Counted from the first letter of the stretch, positions 27,025 to 38,042 are shown. The stretch is 64,000 bases of DNA from Patescibacteria group bacterium (GCA_041671325.1 JBAZBR010000004.1:4004-68003), one strand, 5' to 3'. Made by a program: numbers and translations. The notes: generated by a model from the letters alone, not told the origin.

Positions 27025-27208
27025 TCATTGCGACCCCGACGTAAGTCAGGGGAAGCAATTTTTTGGATTTGTCATCCTGAATCAACCAAATGGCGGATGA
27101 AGGATCTTTATAAATATTGTATTTATGAGGATTCTCCCGCCTACCTCGCCAAGGCGAGTTCAGTGGGCAGGTCGTCGTCCGACGTACGTCGGAACTCCTC
27201 AGAATGAC
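27025..27208. repeat. MITE/REP-like palindromic element (GTCATTGCGACCCCGACGTA...TACGTCGGAACTCCTCAGAATGACA)
   Basis: The terminal inverted repeats and the internal CTCGCCAAGGCGAG and GGGCAGGTCG motifs are shared with other copies. Confidence 0.5.
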
Positions 27209-27333
27209 AGAAAAAGAAAAAGGCGAACCACCCGGTTCGCCTCAAATGTATATTCGCATCTTGACACTAGGCGTGGCTGGTTTAGGATTGGAGCATAGGT
27301 ATTTTTCTGATTTCGTAATTAACTTTTAAATAT

Positions 27334-28443
27334 ATGGAAGAAAGATTCCCCTCTATAACAAGAGATGCCGAAGAATATGCGGGGAAAACCTCTATACCCG
27401 AAATAGCCGAGGATACCGCAAAAATGATTGAAGGCAACGAGGCCTTAGCTGATCGAACCCGAAAGGATATGGATCGAGGTGAAGGATATCGAAAAATGCA
27501 GAAGGAAGCAGCTGACGCAGTGAATCAGTATGAAGGCGCGGTAAAGGAGAAAAGGCTATATGTAGATGCTTTACGAGAAAAGGTAGAAAAAAGTACTGCC
27601 GGCCATTTATCCGAAAATGATCCAAAATTCCAGCGTTTGCGCGACCAATTATCAAAAGCCCAAAAAGAACTAAATCAAATGGAAGAAGACATTGTTAGTC
27701 TTCGAGTTAAGCAAGACTTTGATAAGAGCCATTATGATTCTTTAAAAAAAGAACAGGAGTTTGCCGCTAATTTGCCAGAGGAGCATGCTATTAATACAGT
27801 CATGGAATCCAAAGGTATATCTAATCCCGATAAAGCGGACCATGTTCGCCGGACAGTGCCAGGCACTTTAAATCGCCGAGAACAGGAGCGCGAGGATGCG
27901 ATTCAAGAGAAAAAAGAGGCGGAAAATTTTACCCAAGACATGGAAATATTGTATGCTATTCAGGCAGAATTTACAGCTCTAAAAGATGAAGATGAGAGGG
28001 TTTTTGCCGAAGCCATAACTAAAGCGCAAAGTCCGGAAGTGCACACCCAAATGAAAGGTCTTAATAGCCAAATTAAAAAACTAGAAAAAGCCTGGTTTGG
28101 CAAGACTGAAAAGCATGCTGAAGCTGAAAAACTCAAGGGGCAACTTAAGGCTATGGTTAATGATATTGTTTTTTTAGCAAGAGACAGGAGAAATGCCATA
28201 CTTGAATTTGACGACCGAAATACCGGAGACAGGTTATATCCGGATAGCATTGATAAACCAAGTCTGAAAAATATTTTACTGAGCTTGAATTATCGCTCCA
28301 ACAGCCCACGCCGCAAACAGTTGGAAGCGCCAATAAATCAATTAACCAAAGAAATAGATGCTTATTGGAAAGCAATACATCCAAGGATTGAACAAGTTGT
28401 TAAGGAAATTTTTGAAAGCCTTAATCTTGAAGAAAACGAATAA
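27334..28443 (+). CDS. Coiled-coil, Glu/Lys-rich hypothetical protein
   Basis: A 369-aa charged, heptad-like sequence with no enzymatic motif. Confidence 0.45.
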   Translation: MEERFPSITRDAEEYAGKTSIPEIAEDTAKMIEGNEALADRTRKDMDRGEGYRKMQKEAADAVNQYEGAVKEKRLYVDALREKVEKSTAGHLSENDPKFQRLRDQLSKAQKELNQMEEDIVSLRVKQDFDKSHYDSLKKEQEFAANLPEEHAINTVMESKGISNPDKADHVRRTVPGTLNRREQEREDAIQEKKEAENFTQDMEILYAIQAEFTALKDEDERVFAEAITKAQSPEVHTQMKGLNSQIKKLEKAWFGKTEKHAEAEKLKGQLKAMVNDIVFLARDRRNAILEFDDRNTGDRLYPDSIDKPSLKNILLSLNYRSNSPRRKQLEAPINQLTKEIDAYWKAIHPRIEQVVKEIFESLNLEENE

Positions 28444-28552
28444 GTATTCATTTAGTAGCTTAGCAAAGAAATAAAAACCGTCAGTTAGAACTGATGGTTT
28501 TTTGCTGGATAAAAAAATCCCCCACCCGAGTAAAACCCGGGTGGGGGAAAGA

Positions 28553-29248
28553 TCAGCATGTAAAGATGAACTGGATATATGCCCAGAACAGGATATAGGG
28601 CAATGTCATCAGGATTGGTATTGAGCCCCTCAAAACCAAACCCCACGTTGATGGCATTTTAGCCGTCAGCCTATTTGCTTTGGCCAGCCAGTTTCCTAAT
28701 TCATCATAGTCGTCCAGTGGGTAGTCTACCGAACGTTCCGGTGTATTCAGAACGAGTTTAGCATCAACGATCTTGCAGCTTGGTTTTGGCGAGTCCCAGG
28801 GAATGTCCGGAAGATATTTGTAGGGACTAATCAATCCAGTCACATCGTACCAGCACTGGTTAATTCTGGCCGCAAAAATTCCTCCGCGCGAATAGAGTTT
28901 TAAGAGGCCGGCGTGCTCCAAGCTTTGTCTTTCCAATCCACTCATTTTGGCATAGGGTATCATCGAAATAATAAGCCCGAGGAATGCCAAGATGAGCAAC
29001 GCATAAAAACTTATACCAAATTCAGAGTCGAAATGAAAGTCCTTACCAAACTGCTGATAGTAAAAAACATGAAGCTTTGTGTCGTAGTCTATATGATTTA
29101 TCCTTCCAAAAATACACTCCAGAAGGACAGTGAGTGCTATTACAAAAACCACGGTAAGCGCTAAGCCTGATTCTGTACAAGAAGTTAGGCTTTTTTCAAG
29201 GAGCTTCTTCGCCTCCAGCGCCTGTCGTTTCATTTCCTGGTTTTTCAT
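28553..29248 (-). CDS. Membrane protein (hypothetical)
   Basis: Two or three TM segments. No motif recognised. Confidence 0.4.
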   Translation of the reverse strand: MKNQEMKRQALEAKKLLEKSLTSCTESGLALTVVFVIALTVLLECIFGRINHIDYDTKLHVFYYQQFGKDFHFDSEFGISFYALLILAFLGLIISMIPYAKMSGLERQSLEHAGLLKLYSRGGIFAARINQCWYDVTGLISPYKYLPDIPWDSPKPSCKIVDAKLVLNTPERSVDYPLDDYDELGNWLAKANRLTAKMPSTWGLVLRGSIPILMTLPYILFWAYIQFIFTC

Positions 29249-29333
29249 CAGGTTTTTCCCTTCCCCCGCGCCGCCTCTGATTTTTCACAGAATTGACCGA
29301 GAGTTGAGTTTGAGGTTTGATGAGTCAACGACC

Positions 29334-29897
29334 CTATTGCGCAACTTCATGGCGAATTTTTGCCGCAAGAGCTCGAAGTGCTCCAGCATTTTTCTTGGTG
29401 CTGTTACCATCCACAACATTGTCGAGCAACTGAGCATCATTATTGGTCAAAGAGGTGTTTTCTGGTTTGTATGACAGTAGTCGCTGAAGCAACAACTGCA
29501 TCAGAAGTTCGTCCTTGAGTATTTCAATAATTTCTCCCAGAGCCGGCACAACCTGAACACGGTCCGCAATGGTACGCAAACCAACCAAAACAATCTTATG
29601 TTCATAGAGATATACTCTGCAGGTAGGATGATTGATTAGGTTGATTTCGACCGTGGCATTTCGAGAGATCTGAAGTCTTGCCCAGCGTTTAATGGTAGGA
29701 AAAGAAAACGACCTTTCGAAATTGTGGATTATAACGTCTTGAGAAACACAGTCTAGGAGCAATCCTGAAGGTATGTTTGCGGTTGGTGGGTTTTCATTCC
29801 AATCGAAACTAAAAGGATATTTTGATTGGAGATCGCCGACAAAACCTAGTCCCGGTACAAATTTTTGCTTCGGGACTTCGATTCTTGCGAAAAACAT
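29334..29897 (-). CDS. Hypothetical protein (187 aa)
   Basis: Clean ORF upstream of the previous gene on the same strand. Confidence 0.4.
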   Translation of the reverse strand: MFFARIEVPKQKFVPGLGFVGDLQSKYPFSFDWNENPPTANIPSGLLLDCVSQDVIIHNFERSFSFPTIKRWARLQISRNATVEINLINHPTCRVYLYEHKIVLVGLRTIADRVQVVPALGEIIEILKDELLMQLLLQRLLSYKPENTSLTNNDAQLLDNVVDGNSTKKNAGALRALAAKIRHEVAQ

Positions 29898-30135
29898 AGG
29901 TTATCCTTTCTTCACACATTCATGCCCTTCTCTTGCACCGCGCTACCACCTTGGTAGGTTGACCAAAAGTCGAGTGAACATGACTGACTATGACTTGCAC
30001 AGGCAGTCCCCTGAAAACAGCTGAAAAAAAGCTATTTTCACAAGGCTGCCAGTGAAGTGTTTTTCAATATGCAATAAACAAATAATACTACATCGTTTTT
30101 AGGGTTTTGTCAATACTAAGTGCGGGTGTTAAACT

Positions 30136-31161
30136 TTGGTCATGGATTTCTTAATTCTCCATGGTGAAGATACTTTCCGCTCCCGCAAAAGATTAATGGC
30201 CTTGCGGGAAGGTTTTAAGAAAAAGTATGATCCCAAAGGCACCAATATCACGGCTTACAGTGCACCTTTTGATTTAGGGCAAATCCGGAACAGCCTGGCA
30301 CAGGTGGGCATGTTTGCCAAAAAACGCTTAGTGGTTTTATATGATTTTTATTCCACCACCACCAGCGCTGACCGGGAAAAATTCAATGAGTGGTTAAGTA
30401 AAGACGCTTTTCCAGATTCAGTTATTATTTGTTGGGAAGGGAAAGATTTAGGTCAGCCCTCAGTAGTTAAAAAGACTAAAACACCTTCTAAATCTAAAAA
30501 ACCCAAAACCGTAACTTCCAAAATCACTTGGCCAGAACATGCCAAAGTCGAAATTTTTGAGCCTTTAGCCCAAGCGCAATTATTAGCTTGGATTAGGCAA
30601 GAAGTAAAAAGATTTGGCGGGGCAATTGCGCCAGCCGCGGTCAACCAGCTGGAAAATAATATTGGTCCAGACTTATGGACTTTAAATAATGTCATAGCCC
30701 AACTTATCGCCGCGGCTAATAATAAGCCAATTGATTTGCCAATGGTTAATGAATGGACCAAGTCCCCTTTGGATGAAAATATTTTTCATTTTACCGACGC
30801 CATTAGTTCAAGGAATTTATCAGAAGCCCTGACTCTTTTCCAATCCCAATTAAATTTAGGCATCCACCCCTTAGTCCTGCATTCCATGCTTATCCGCCAG
30901 GTTCGGGCTTTAGTAATGGTGGAAGAATGTTTGCGTCAAAACATGGCATTTGGGTCAATTGCCCAAGCAACCAATTTGCACCCCTATGTGGCGCAAAAGG
31001 CGGCAGGGGCAGTGAAAAAATTCCAAACCGGGGAATTGCAGAGATTGTTCATCCGCCTGGCAGATTTGGACGTGGAAATGAAAACCGGCAAAATTGAACC
31101 CGAGATTGCCTTAGCGGATTTTATCGCTAATGCGTGTTTGCCCTCCTCCGCGAAAGACTAA
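30136..31161 (+). CDS. holA: DNA polymerase III delta subunit-like
   Basis: A 341-aa protein whose N-terminal ...LHGED.F......L.......F...N..........L......MF..KRLVVL region matches the HolA pattern. Confidence 0.55.
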   Translation: MVMDFLILHGEDTFRSRKRLMALREGFKKKYDPKGTNITAYSAPFDLGQIRNSLAQVGMFAKKRLVVLYDFYSTTTSADREKFNEWLSKDAFPDSVIICWEGKDLGQPSVVKKTKTPSKSKKPKTVTSKITWPEHAKVEIFEPLAQAQLLAWIRQEVKRFGGAIAPAAVNQLENNIGPDLWTLNNVIAQLIAAANNKPIDLPMVNEWTKSPLDENIFHFTDAISSRNLSEALTLFQSQLNLGIHPLVLHSMLIRQVRALVMVEECLRQNMAFGSIAQATNLHPYVAQKAAGAVKKFQTGELQRLFIRLADLDVEMKTGKIEPEIALADFIANACLPSSAKD

Positions 31162-31362
31162 ATAGGGACACCCCATCTTTAAAATAGGGTTTAAGGAGGG
31201 CATCCTCCATAGTCCCGCGACTGCGGGACGAAGGAGGATTCGCTTTGGAGGGTTACGCTCATGAAAAAATTCGATGTGGTGCTATAAGGATAAGACTACC
31301 GGGATAAAAATAATCGTGGTATCCTTAACTTATTATTAATCATTAATAAAACCTGAAAGGAG

Positions 31363-31677
31363 GTGGAATATATGGAAGAACAGAAACCCCCCGTGCAAAA
31401 ATCAGACAGCAACACCAATGCTGCCTTATCTTATATTTGGATAATCAGCGTGATTATGATTGTCACCAAGAAAAATGATGAGTTTGTCATGTTCCACGCC
31501 AAGCAGGGACTAATCCTTTTCATTGCTTCATTCCTTTACTTTATCCCGTATTATATAGGTACGATATTAGATATTTTAATTGTGATTTGTATTATTGTTG
31601 GCTTTATCAAAGCCATGGCAGGTGAACGCTATAAATTGCCGGTTATCGGTGATTTAGCTGAGAAAATCAAGTTCTAA
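31363..31677 (+). CDS. DUF4870-like small membrane protein
   Basis: ALSYIWIISVIMIVTKKNDEFVMFHAKQGLILFI, with two TM helices. Confidence 0.5.
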   Translation: MEYMEEQKPPVQKSDSNTNAALSYIWIISVIMIVTKKNDEFVMFHAKQGLILFIASFLYFIPYYIGTILDILIVICIIVGFIKAMAGERYKLPVIGDLAEKIKF

Positions 31678-31815
31678 ATTGAAAATAAATTCAATGAACA
31701 AAAATTCCGGACATGAAATGTCTGGAATTTTGTTTAAAAAAAGTTTATTACTTGGTTTAAGAGGCATTGACAAACTTTAGCGAATCTGATAAGTTATTTT
31801 AAAATTAAATAAAAT

Positions 31816-32487
31816 ATGGAGGAACAAATGAACCTTAATACTTTTGAGTTTTCTTCTGGTGCCTTGGAATATTTTTTGCGGGAAGCTTTTGCCAGCCTTT
31901 GGCACAGGCTTAAAGCCCAGAGTGATCCGTACCTGGTTTTTGAGGATTTACTGGCACATTATCGGGAAGCCCATCGGCATTATCACACCGAAACCCACCT
32001 GGCTTTTTGCTTGGCAGCTTACAATGAAATCCGCAAGCATTTGAAAAACCCGCTGGAAGTGGAAATGGCAATTTTCCTTCACGACGTAATTTACCAGCCA
32101 GGTGAATTGGACAATGAGGAAAAAAGTACCAAATATGCCGCGGAATTGCTGGGTAAGATGGGTTTGCCAATTGAGGTTTGCGCCAGGATCTGTAATTTAA
32201 TCTTGGCCACCAAACATGATCAGGATCCTGAAAAGATTATGGACAATGATACACGATACATGCTGGACATAGATCTGCGCTGGATGGGCACTGATCCTGA
32301 AAGGTTTGAAAAAAATACTTTAAGGATCAGACGAGAATTTTCTCATCTTTCCGATCAAGATTTTGATTCTGGCCGTCGGGCTTTTTACCGGATGTTTCTG
32401 GATCGAAGCTCAATATTCTGCACTGAATATTTCGGCAAGAAATTCGAACAACAGGCCAGGGAAAACCTGGAACGCCTGGTCAGCTAG
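31816..32487 (+). CDS. HD-superfamily phosphohydrolase-like protein (COG4339-like)
   Basis: YREAHRHYHTETHLAFCL...IFLHDVIY pattern of conserved His/Asp residues. Confidence 0.45.
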   Translation: MEEQMNLNTFEFSSGALEYFLREAFASLWHRLKAQSDPYLVFEDLLAHYREAHRHYHTETHLAFCLAAYNEIRKHLKNPLEVEMAIFLHDVIYQPGELDNEEKSTKYAAELLGKMGLPIEVCARICNLILATKHDQDPEKIMDNDTRYMLDIDLRWMGTDPERFEKNTLRIRREFSHLSDQDFDSGRRAFYRMFLDRSSIFCTEYFGKKFEQQARENLERLVS

Positions 32488-32538
32488 AAAGTCATTTCAA
32501 AACCGCCCTATCATCTGGTAGAGCGGTTTTCTTGTTGA

Positions 32539-32799
32539 TTATTTCTTGTTGAGAGCCAGCATTAGCCTGGATTTCTTGCGGCTGGCGGTGTTTTTGCCAA
32601 TAATGTGTTTTCTGGCGGCTTTGTCCAAGAGTTTGGCAACCCGCAAGACTTTAGCCTTGGCTTCATCTTTTTTGCCAGCCAAAATCAGTTTCCGGGCTTT
32701 TTTCATTTCGTCATGGAGCAGGCCTTTGACAATCCGATTTGCCGCGGTCCGTTTGAGGCTTTGTTTGGCGTGCTTGATAGAGGCTTTCTTGATAGGCAT
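32539..32799 (-). CDS. rpsT: 30S ribosomal protein S20
   Basis: MPIKKASIKHAKQSLKRTAANRIVKG...KAARKHIIGKNTASRKKSRL is the S20 pattern. Confidence 0.8.
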   Translation of the reverse strand: MPIKKASIKHAKQSLKRTAANRIVKGLLHDEMKKARKLILAGKKDEAKAKVLRVAKLLDKAARKHIIGKNTASRKKSRLMLALNKK

Positions 32800-32953
32800 A
32801 AATATTTTCTTAATTTTTGGTGAAATAAAATTAACATGAAATTAATGATCATGCAAGCTATTGACGATTATCGGGCCTTAGGTTTAAGCTTTTGGAAAGC
32901 TTGAGACAAATAACAAAAAGGCTATTTAACAACTAAGATACGAGGAGGAAAAC

Positions 32954-34141
32954 GTGCTGACAGAAAGAATGAATAAAGCTTTTGCCAATAAGACTGGGGA
33001 GGACGCCTTTACCTGGACCACTGCGGCTGACCGGATTGATGCTGGGGGAGAGGGCGTGCCAACACTGCGTTGCCAAATCGGGCAAATTAAGTACCCGGTT
33101 TGTGAATCCCTGATTGATTCGACGGCAATTTCCCTATGCAACCAGGACGTGGGCTATGTCGGCTCCCAGGGCATCCTTAAAACAAGACAAGCCATCGCCG
33201 AAGATTTTAACCAGTTGAGGGGTACAGGAATTACCGCAGACCATGTTGGTATTAGCCCGGGCGCCAAGCCTTGGATTTTTGCCACCTGCCAGGCTTTCCT
33301 GAAGTCCGGAGATTTTGTTTTTTTGCCCAGGCCAGGCTATCCGATTTACGAAGCAGAAGTAAAATACATGGGCGCAATCCCGGTTCCCTTGCCGTTGAAG
33401 TCCAATGGCCACATTGACCTTTTAAAATTTGGGATATTAGTCGAGAGATTGAAGCCCAAACTCGTGATCTTAAATTATCCAGCCAATCCTGCGGGCGTAA
33501 TATTGACCCGCTCAGAGGCTGAGAAGATCAGTAAAATCGCCGTGCAACATGACCTGCTCATCTTGTCTGACGAGGCCTACAGCCGCATCTTGTACGATAA
33601 TAATGAGTTTGTCAGTGTCAGTTCTTTCCCCGGCATGCTGGAAAGAACCATTGTTATTGACGCCATGTCAAAAACCGGAGCCGTACCTGGCTTTCGCATG
33701 GGCTGGGGAGTGGTGCCGCTTGAGATCATGGGCAAATTCACGACTTTTTTGGGGAACATTTACTCCTGCGTCCCGCCCTTTATCCAAATTGGCGTTGCCG
33801 AGGTTTTGGGCAAATGTCGGTTTGGATACTATCAGCATGTCAGCGGAATGGTGGCTGAACTGCAAAGCCGGCGCGACTTGCTCTGTGAAGGGATGCGGAC
33901 TGTTCCGAAAATCAGTTTTCGAAGACCTCAAGGTGCCATGTACCTTTGGGTGAATATTCAAGAAGTCGGAAAATCCAGTTTTGATTTTTGCGAGCTACTG
34001 ATGCATAAATGGCGCCTAGTGACCTTGCCCGGCACTTCCTTTAACCAAGAGGGATACATTCGTATCTGTTTTGGCTCAACGCCCCAGGAAGTCATCCCGC
34101 AGATTTCCCAAAGGATAACCGACTGTATTGCCAGTCTGTAA
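32954..34141 (+). CDS. Pyridoxal-phosphate-dependent aminotransferase, class I/II (aspartate aminotransferase family)
   Basis: SDEAYSRILYD...VIDAMSKTGAVPGFRMGW carries the PLP lysine motif SKT.A..G.R.GW. Confidence 0.8.
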   Translation: MLTERMNKAFANKTGEDAFTWTTAADRIDAGGEGVPTLRCQIGQIKYPVCESLIDSTAISLCNQDVGYVGSQGILKTRQAIAEDFNQLRGTGITADHVGISPGAKPWIFATCQAFLKSGDFVFLPRPGYPIYEAEVKYMGAIPVPLPLKSNGHIDLLKFGILVERLKPKLVILNYPANPAGVILTRSEAEKISKIAVQHDLLILSDEAYSRILYDNNEFVSVSSFPGMLERTIVIDAMSKTGAVPGFRMGWGVVPLEIMGKFTTFLGNIYSCVPPFIQIGVAEVLGKCRFGYYQHVSGMVAELQSRRDLLCEGMRTVPKISFRRPQGAMYLWVNIQEVGKSSFDFCELLMHKWRLVTLPGTSFNQEGYIRICFGSTPQEVIPQISQRITDCIASL

Positions 34142-34172
34142 ACTTGAATACTCTTTCCATGAAAACCCCGAG

Positions 34173-34592
34173 TTAAGACTTGGGGTTTTTGTTTTTTATA
34201 ATTGAACTTTTGTAAATTTTAGGCTTGAAAGCTGGCAACCTGATGACTTTGGTCTTTAGCCCGCGTTTTTTTAATTCCAAACGGATTTTCTGAGTAAAAG
34301 CCATTTGATCATAACCTAAAGCTAAGATGTCTGGCTTTAATTCCTGGATAATTTTTAATTTATTTTTGGACGTTTTGCCCAAAATTACGCGGTCAACCCA
34401 TTTAACTTTTTTAATAGCGTTTAACCTTGTTTTTTCTTTTTGCCAAGGTTTTTCACCTTTAATCTGCTTAACGGTTTTATCGCGGGCAATGACCACAGTC
34501 AAATGGTCGCCTAAAGCCTTGGCTTTTTTAAACAAAAAAAGATGACCTTTATGCAAATGGTCAAAAGTGCCGGTAACCACAACTTTTTTCAT
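34173..34592 (-). CDS. Cytidylyltransferase-like nucleotidyltransferase (HxGH; RibL-type FMN adenylyltransferase candidate)
   Basis: MKKVVVTGTFDHLHKGHLFLFKKA has the TFDxxHxGH signature of the cytidylyltransferase-like fold. Confidence 0.6.
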   Translation of the reverse strand: MKKVVVTGTFDHLHKGHLFLFKKAKALGDHLTVVIARDKTVKQIKGEKPWQKEKTRLNAIKKVKWVDRVILGKTSKNKLKIIQELKPDILALGYDQMAFTQKIRLELKKRGLKTKVIRLPAFKPKIYKSSIIKNKNPKS

Positions 34593-34655
34593 AGGTTTTA
34601 ATTATATCATTCGCACAAAAAATCAGGCCATCCGTTTTAGCGGATGGCCGTAAAT

Positions 34656-35024
34656 TTACTCAACGAGTTGCAAGATAATCAGGCGGTGCATATCGTGTTT
34701 TTGCCCGAGTGATACCTTAACAAGGCGGGCAAATTGTAAATCATGGAAAATGATTTCTCGATTCATGCCCCCGGCCATCATGGCTGGACTTTTGGTGACT
34801 TTGTCCAGCATATAATACTTGCCAAGCCCTGATTTGAAAGAAGCAAGGCCAAGTGCTTCAAGTGCTTTGACACAGTCGTCAAATTCATCTGTTTGAGCTT
34901 GGCCCATCGTATTTTCGGGACCGGTAATTGACCCATACCAAGCTACTCTCAGTTTTTCGGCTAAATCTTGAAGTTCAGCTGAAGACATTTCTTGCGGAAC
35001 GGTCTTTTTCAAAATCACCTCCAT
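34656..35024 (-). CDS. Hypothetical protein (122 aa)
   Basis: Clean ORF. No motif recognised. Confidence 0.4.
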   Translation of the reverse strand: MEVILKKTVPQEMSSAELQDLAEKLRVAWYGSITGPENTMGQAQTDEFDDCVKALEALGLASFKSGLGKYYMLDKVTKSPAMMAGGMNREIIFHDLQFARLVKVSLGQKHDMHRLIILQLVE

Positions 35025-35134
35025 TTTAGATTTTTCTTTATCTGTCGCAAAATTAACACAAGAAATTTAATATGTCAATGATTTTTTTAACATCAAAAAT
35101 CAGGCCATCCGTTTTAGCGGATGGCCTCATGAGG

Positions 35135-35758
35135 TTATTTGCTGTTTATCTGTGGGACTACGTGTTGGATAAAAATTTCAACAAGAGCTGGATCCAGTGA
35201 TTTCCCGGCCAAATCCTTTAATCGCATGACTGCATCATTGATACTGAGCTTTTCTTGGTAGGATCTGGAAGTGGTCATAGCATCGAAGGTGTCAGAAATT
35301 GCCGTTATCCGGCCGGGGAGGGGGATTTTTTCTCCCGCATAGCCCAAGGGATAGCCACGGAGATCACCTTTGTGGTCGCCATCATATCTTTCATGATGGA
35401 AGAAAACACATTCGATGATCGCATCCGGAATGTCCACCGTACTTTTCCGCAAAATCTGTACGCCATCGTGGGGATGATTTTCCAATTCCACGATTTGTGA
35501 GTCAGAGAGATGGCGCGAGGGATTATTCAGGGTGTATTCTTCCACGCAGGTTTTGCCAATATCATGGACCAGGCCACCCAGCCGGAGTAATTCAACTTCG
35601 ATTTGAGTCAGTTTGGGCCTGATGGCTTGAGCTAGCAGCAACACGTAATCACTCACACGTCTTGAATGTCCTTTAGTGTAAGGATTTTTCCTTTCCAAGA
35701 CGCTGATCAGGACTTGAGCGGTGGATTCAATGACTTTTAGATCGAAGTTTTTTGGCAT
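35135..35758 (-). CDS. HD-GYP domain phosphodiesterase
   Basis: GHSRRVS, LVHDIGK, HHERYDG and GYP motifs. Confidence 0.8.
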   Translation of the reverse strand: MPKNFDLKVIESTAQVLISVLERKNPYTKGHSRRVSDYVLLLAQAIRPKLTQIEVELLRLGGLVHDIGKTCVEEYTLNNPSRHLSDSQIVELENHPHDGVQILRKSTVDIPDAIIECVFFHHERYDGDHKGDLRGYPLGYAGEKIPLPGRITAISDTFDAMTTSRSYQEKLSINDAVMRLKDLAGKSLDPALVEIFIQHVVPQINSK

Positions 35759-35836
35759 TTATGCTCCTTTGTTAAAATTTCATTTTTTGTTTCAAAAAAA
35801 CTTAACACAGCATTTTGCTGGTGTCAATGGCTTCTC

Positions 35837-35998
35837 TGTCATTGCGAGCGACTCCGCCGCCGCGGGGAGGAGTGCGGCAGTCTCAAAAGAAATGGGAGAT
35901 TGCTCCCGCCTGGCCTACTCCGCTGAAGCGGCTGCGAAGGCTGGACCTCGCCAAGGCGAGTACGGCGGGCAGGTCGTCTCTGCCTACGGCAGATCCTC
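35837..35998. repeat. MITE/REP-like palindromic element (TGTCATTGCGAGCGAC...GATCCTCGCAATAACA)
   Basis: Terminal inverted repeats plus the CTCGCCAAGGCGAG and GGCGGGCAGGTCG core shared with 27025 and 20732. Confidence 0.55.
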
Positions 35999-36044
35999 GC
36001 AATAACAATGGGAATTTAGCGGTAAAGACTTTTTAATTAAATGA

Positions 36045-38042
36045 TTAGTAGCGCCTTTTCCTTCTCCTGACCCGTGGTTGGCCTTCGCCCTGCAATAATT
36101 TAATTTGGTCCCGGATATTCGCAGCTTTTTCAAAATCCAAATTCTGGGCCGCTAAACTCATTTGGTTTTCCAAGTCTTTCAAGACATAAGGGATTTCTTC
36201 CTTTGGAACTTTTTGCGGATTAAAGATTATTTTTTCCTCCTCAGCCTTTTTACCGGCTAAACGGGATTCCCGGATGGCTTTAATAATGGTTTTTGGCGTA
36301 ATGCCGTGTTTAGTATTGTAGGCGGTTTGGATTTTCCGTCGGCGTTCAGTTTCGGAAATGGCAGATTTCATGGCTTTGGTAATTTTGTCGGCATACATGA
36401 TGACCTGGCCTTCCACGTGCCTGGCGGCCCGGCCCATGGTTTGGATCAAGGCCATGTCAGATCTTAAAAAGCCCTCTTTATCCGCATCCAAAATTGCCAC
36501 CAAGGAAACCTCAGGCAAGTCCAAACCTTCGCGCAATAAATTAATGCCCACCACCACATCAATTTCGCCAGTGCGCAAAGTTCTTAAAATTTCCAAACGA
36601 TCAAAAGTTTCCACATCTGAATGCAGGTATTGCACTTTGATATCCAAGTCTTTCAAATAATCAGTCAGATCTTCGGCAATACGTTTGGTCAGTGTTGTTA
36701 CTAAAACCCTTTGGCCTTTTTCAACCCGAGCGCGGATTTGTTCCAGCAAATCATCAACCTGATGCTTGGTTGGTTTGACTTTGATCGCGGGGTCGAGCAA
36801 ACCCGTGGGCCTAATCAATTGCTCAGCAATTTTTTGACTATGGATTTTTTCATATTCCCGCGGGGTGGCAGAAACAAAAATCACTTGGTTAAGCCTTTTT
36901 TCAAACTCGGCAAATTTTAATGGCCGGTTGTCATAGGCCGCGGGCAAGCGGAAGCCGTAATCAACCAAAGTTTTTTTGCGCGCCTTATCGCCTTCATACA
37001 TGCCGCCAATTTGCGGCACGGTCATGTGGGATTCGTCGATGAATAATAAATAATCCTTGGGAAAAAAGTCCATCAAAGTGTAAGGCGGCGTGCCAGGAGC
37101 GCGGCCGTCAAAATAGCGGGAATAATTTTCAATGCCCGAAGTAAAACCAGTGGTGCGGATCATTTCCAAATCAAAATTGATACGCTGTTGCAACCTTTCG
37201 GCTTCCAATAATTTACCGTTGGCCTTGAACCAAGCCAATCTTTCTTTCAAATCCTTCTCAATTTGCAACAAAGATTTCTCCATACCCTTGGGGTCGGTGA
37301 CATATTGGGTGGCTGGGTAAATATCAACCTGGTCCAGTTTAACCACGTTTTTCCCAGTCAAGGAATCCACTTCTTCAATTTTTTCAATCTCATCACCGAA
37401 AAAATAAATTTTGTAAAGCCGACTTTCGGAAAAGCTGGGAAAAATTTCCACCGTATCACCCAAAGCCCGGAAAGAGCCGCGCCAAATGTCCAAGTTCCTT
37501 CTTTCAAAATGCATGGCTACCAATTTATTAAGCAAGTCTTGGCGTTTTAAAGTCTGGCCTTTTTTCAAAGTGATGCGACCTTTTTGGTATTCAGCCGGCG
37601 AACCCAAACCATAAATGCAAGAAACCGAAGCCACGATTATCACATCGCGGCGGGAAAGGATGGCTTGGGTGGAAGCGTGGCGCAAGCGGTCAATCTCTTC
37701 ATTAATATCCGTTTCTTTTTCAATGTAAGTGTCAGTCTTGGGGATGTAAGCTTCGGGTTGGTAATAGTCGTAATAGGAAACAAAATAATGCACGGCATTT
37801 TTAGGGAAAAAGTCCTCAAACTCGCTGGCCAGTTGCGCAGCCAGGGTTTTATTGTGGGAGATAATCAAAGTCGGCTTTTGGGTTTTTTCAATGACCTTGG
37901 CCATGGTAAAGGTTTTGCCAGAGCCAGTCACGCCCAAAAGCGTCTGGCCTTTGAAACCAGAATTTAGACCTTTGACCAATTTTTCAATGGCCTGCGGTTG
38001 ATCGCCAGTGGGTTTGAACGGTGCCTGGAGTTTAAATTGCAT
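36045..38042 (-). CDS. uvrB: Excinuclease ABC subunit B
   Basis: GVTGSGKTF Walker A, a helicase domain, and a C-terminal UvrB/UvrC interaction helix (...IRDQIKLL). Confidence 0.9.
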   Translation of the reverse strand: MQFKLQAPFKPTGDQPQAIEKLVKGLNSGFKGQTLLGVTGSGKTFTMAKVIEKTQKPTLIISHNKTLAAQLASEFEDFFPKNAVHYFVSYYDYYQPEAYIPKTDTYIEKETDINEEIDRLRHASTQAILSRRDVIIVASVSCIYGLGSPAEYQKGRITLKKGQTLKRQDLLNKLVAMHFERRNLDIWRGSFRALGDTVEIFPSFSESRLYKIYFFGDEIEKIEEVDSLTGKNVVKLDQVDIYPATQYVTDPKGMEKSLLQIEKDLKERLAWFKANGKLLEAERLQQRINFDLEMIRTTGFTSGIENYSRYFDGRAPGTPPYTLMDFFPKDYLLFIDESHMTVPQIGGMYEGDKARKKTLVDYGFRLPAAYDNRPLKFAEFEKRLNQVIFVSATPREYEKIHSQKIAEQLIRPTGLLDPAIKVKPTKHQVDDLLEQIRARVEKGQRVLVTTLTKRIAEDLTDYLKDLDIKVQYLHSDVETFDRLEILRTLRTGEIDVVVGINLLREGLDLPEVSLVAILDADKEGFLRSDMALIQTMGRAARHVEGQVIMYADKITKAMKSAISETERRRKIQTAYNTKHGITPKTIIKAIRESRLAGKKAEEEKIIFNPQKVPKEEIPYVLKDLENQMSLAAQNLDFEKAANIRDQIKLLQGEGQPRVRRRKRRY

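Noticed and set aside
26835-27044. 69-aa Gly-rich ORF after polA
   Set aside because: It is encoded by the GGGAGAGGG hairpin repeat element and is an artefact of palindromic DNA.
35721-36036. ORFs 35721-36005 and 35815-36036 on the plus strand
   Set aside because: They run through the MITE-like element at 35837-35998 and overlap the HD-GYP gene end, so they are repeat-derived.
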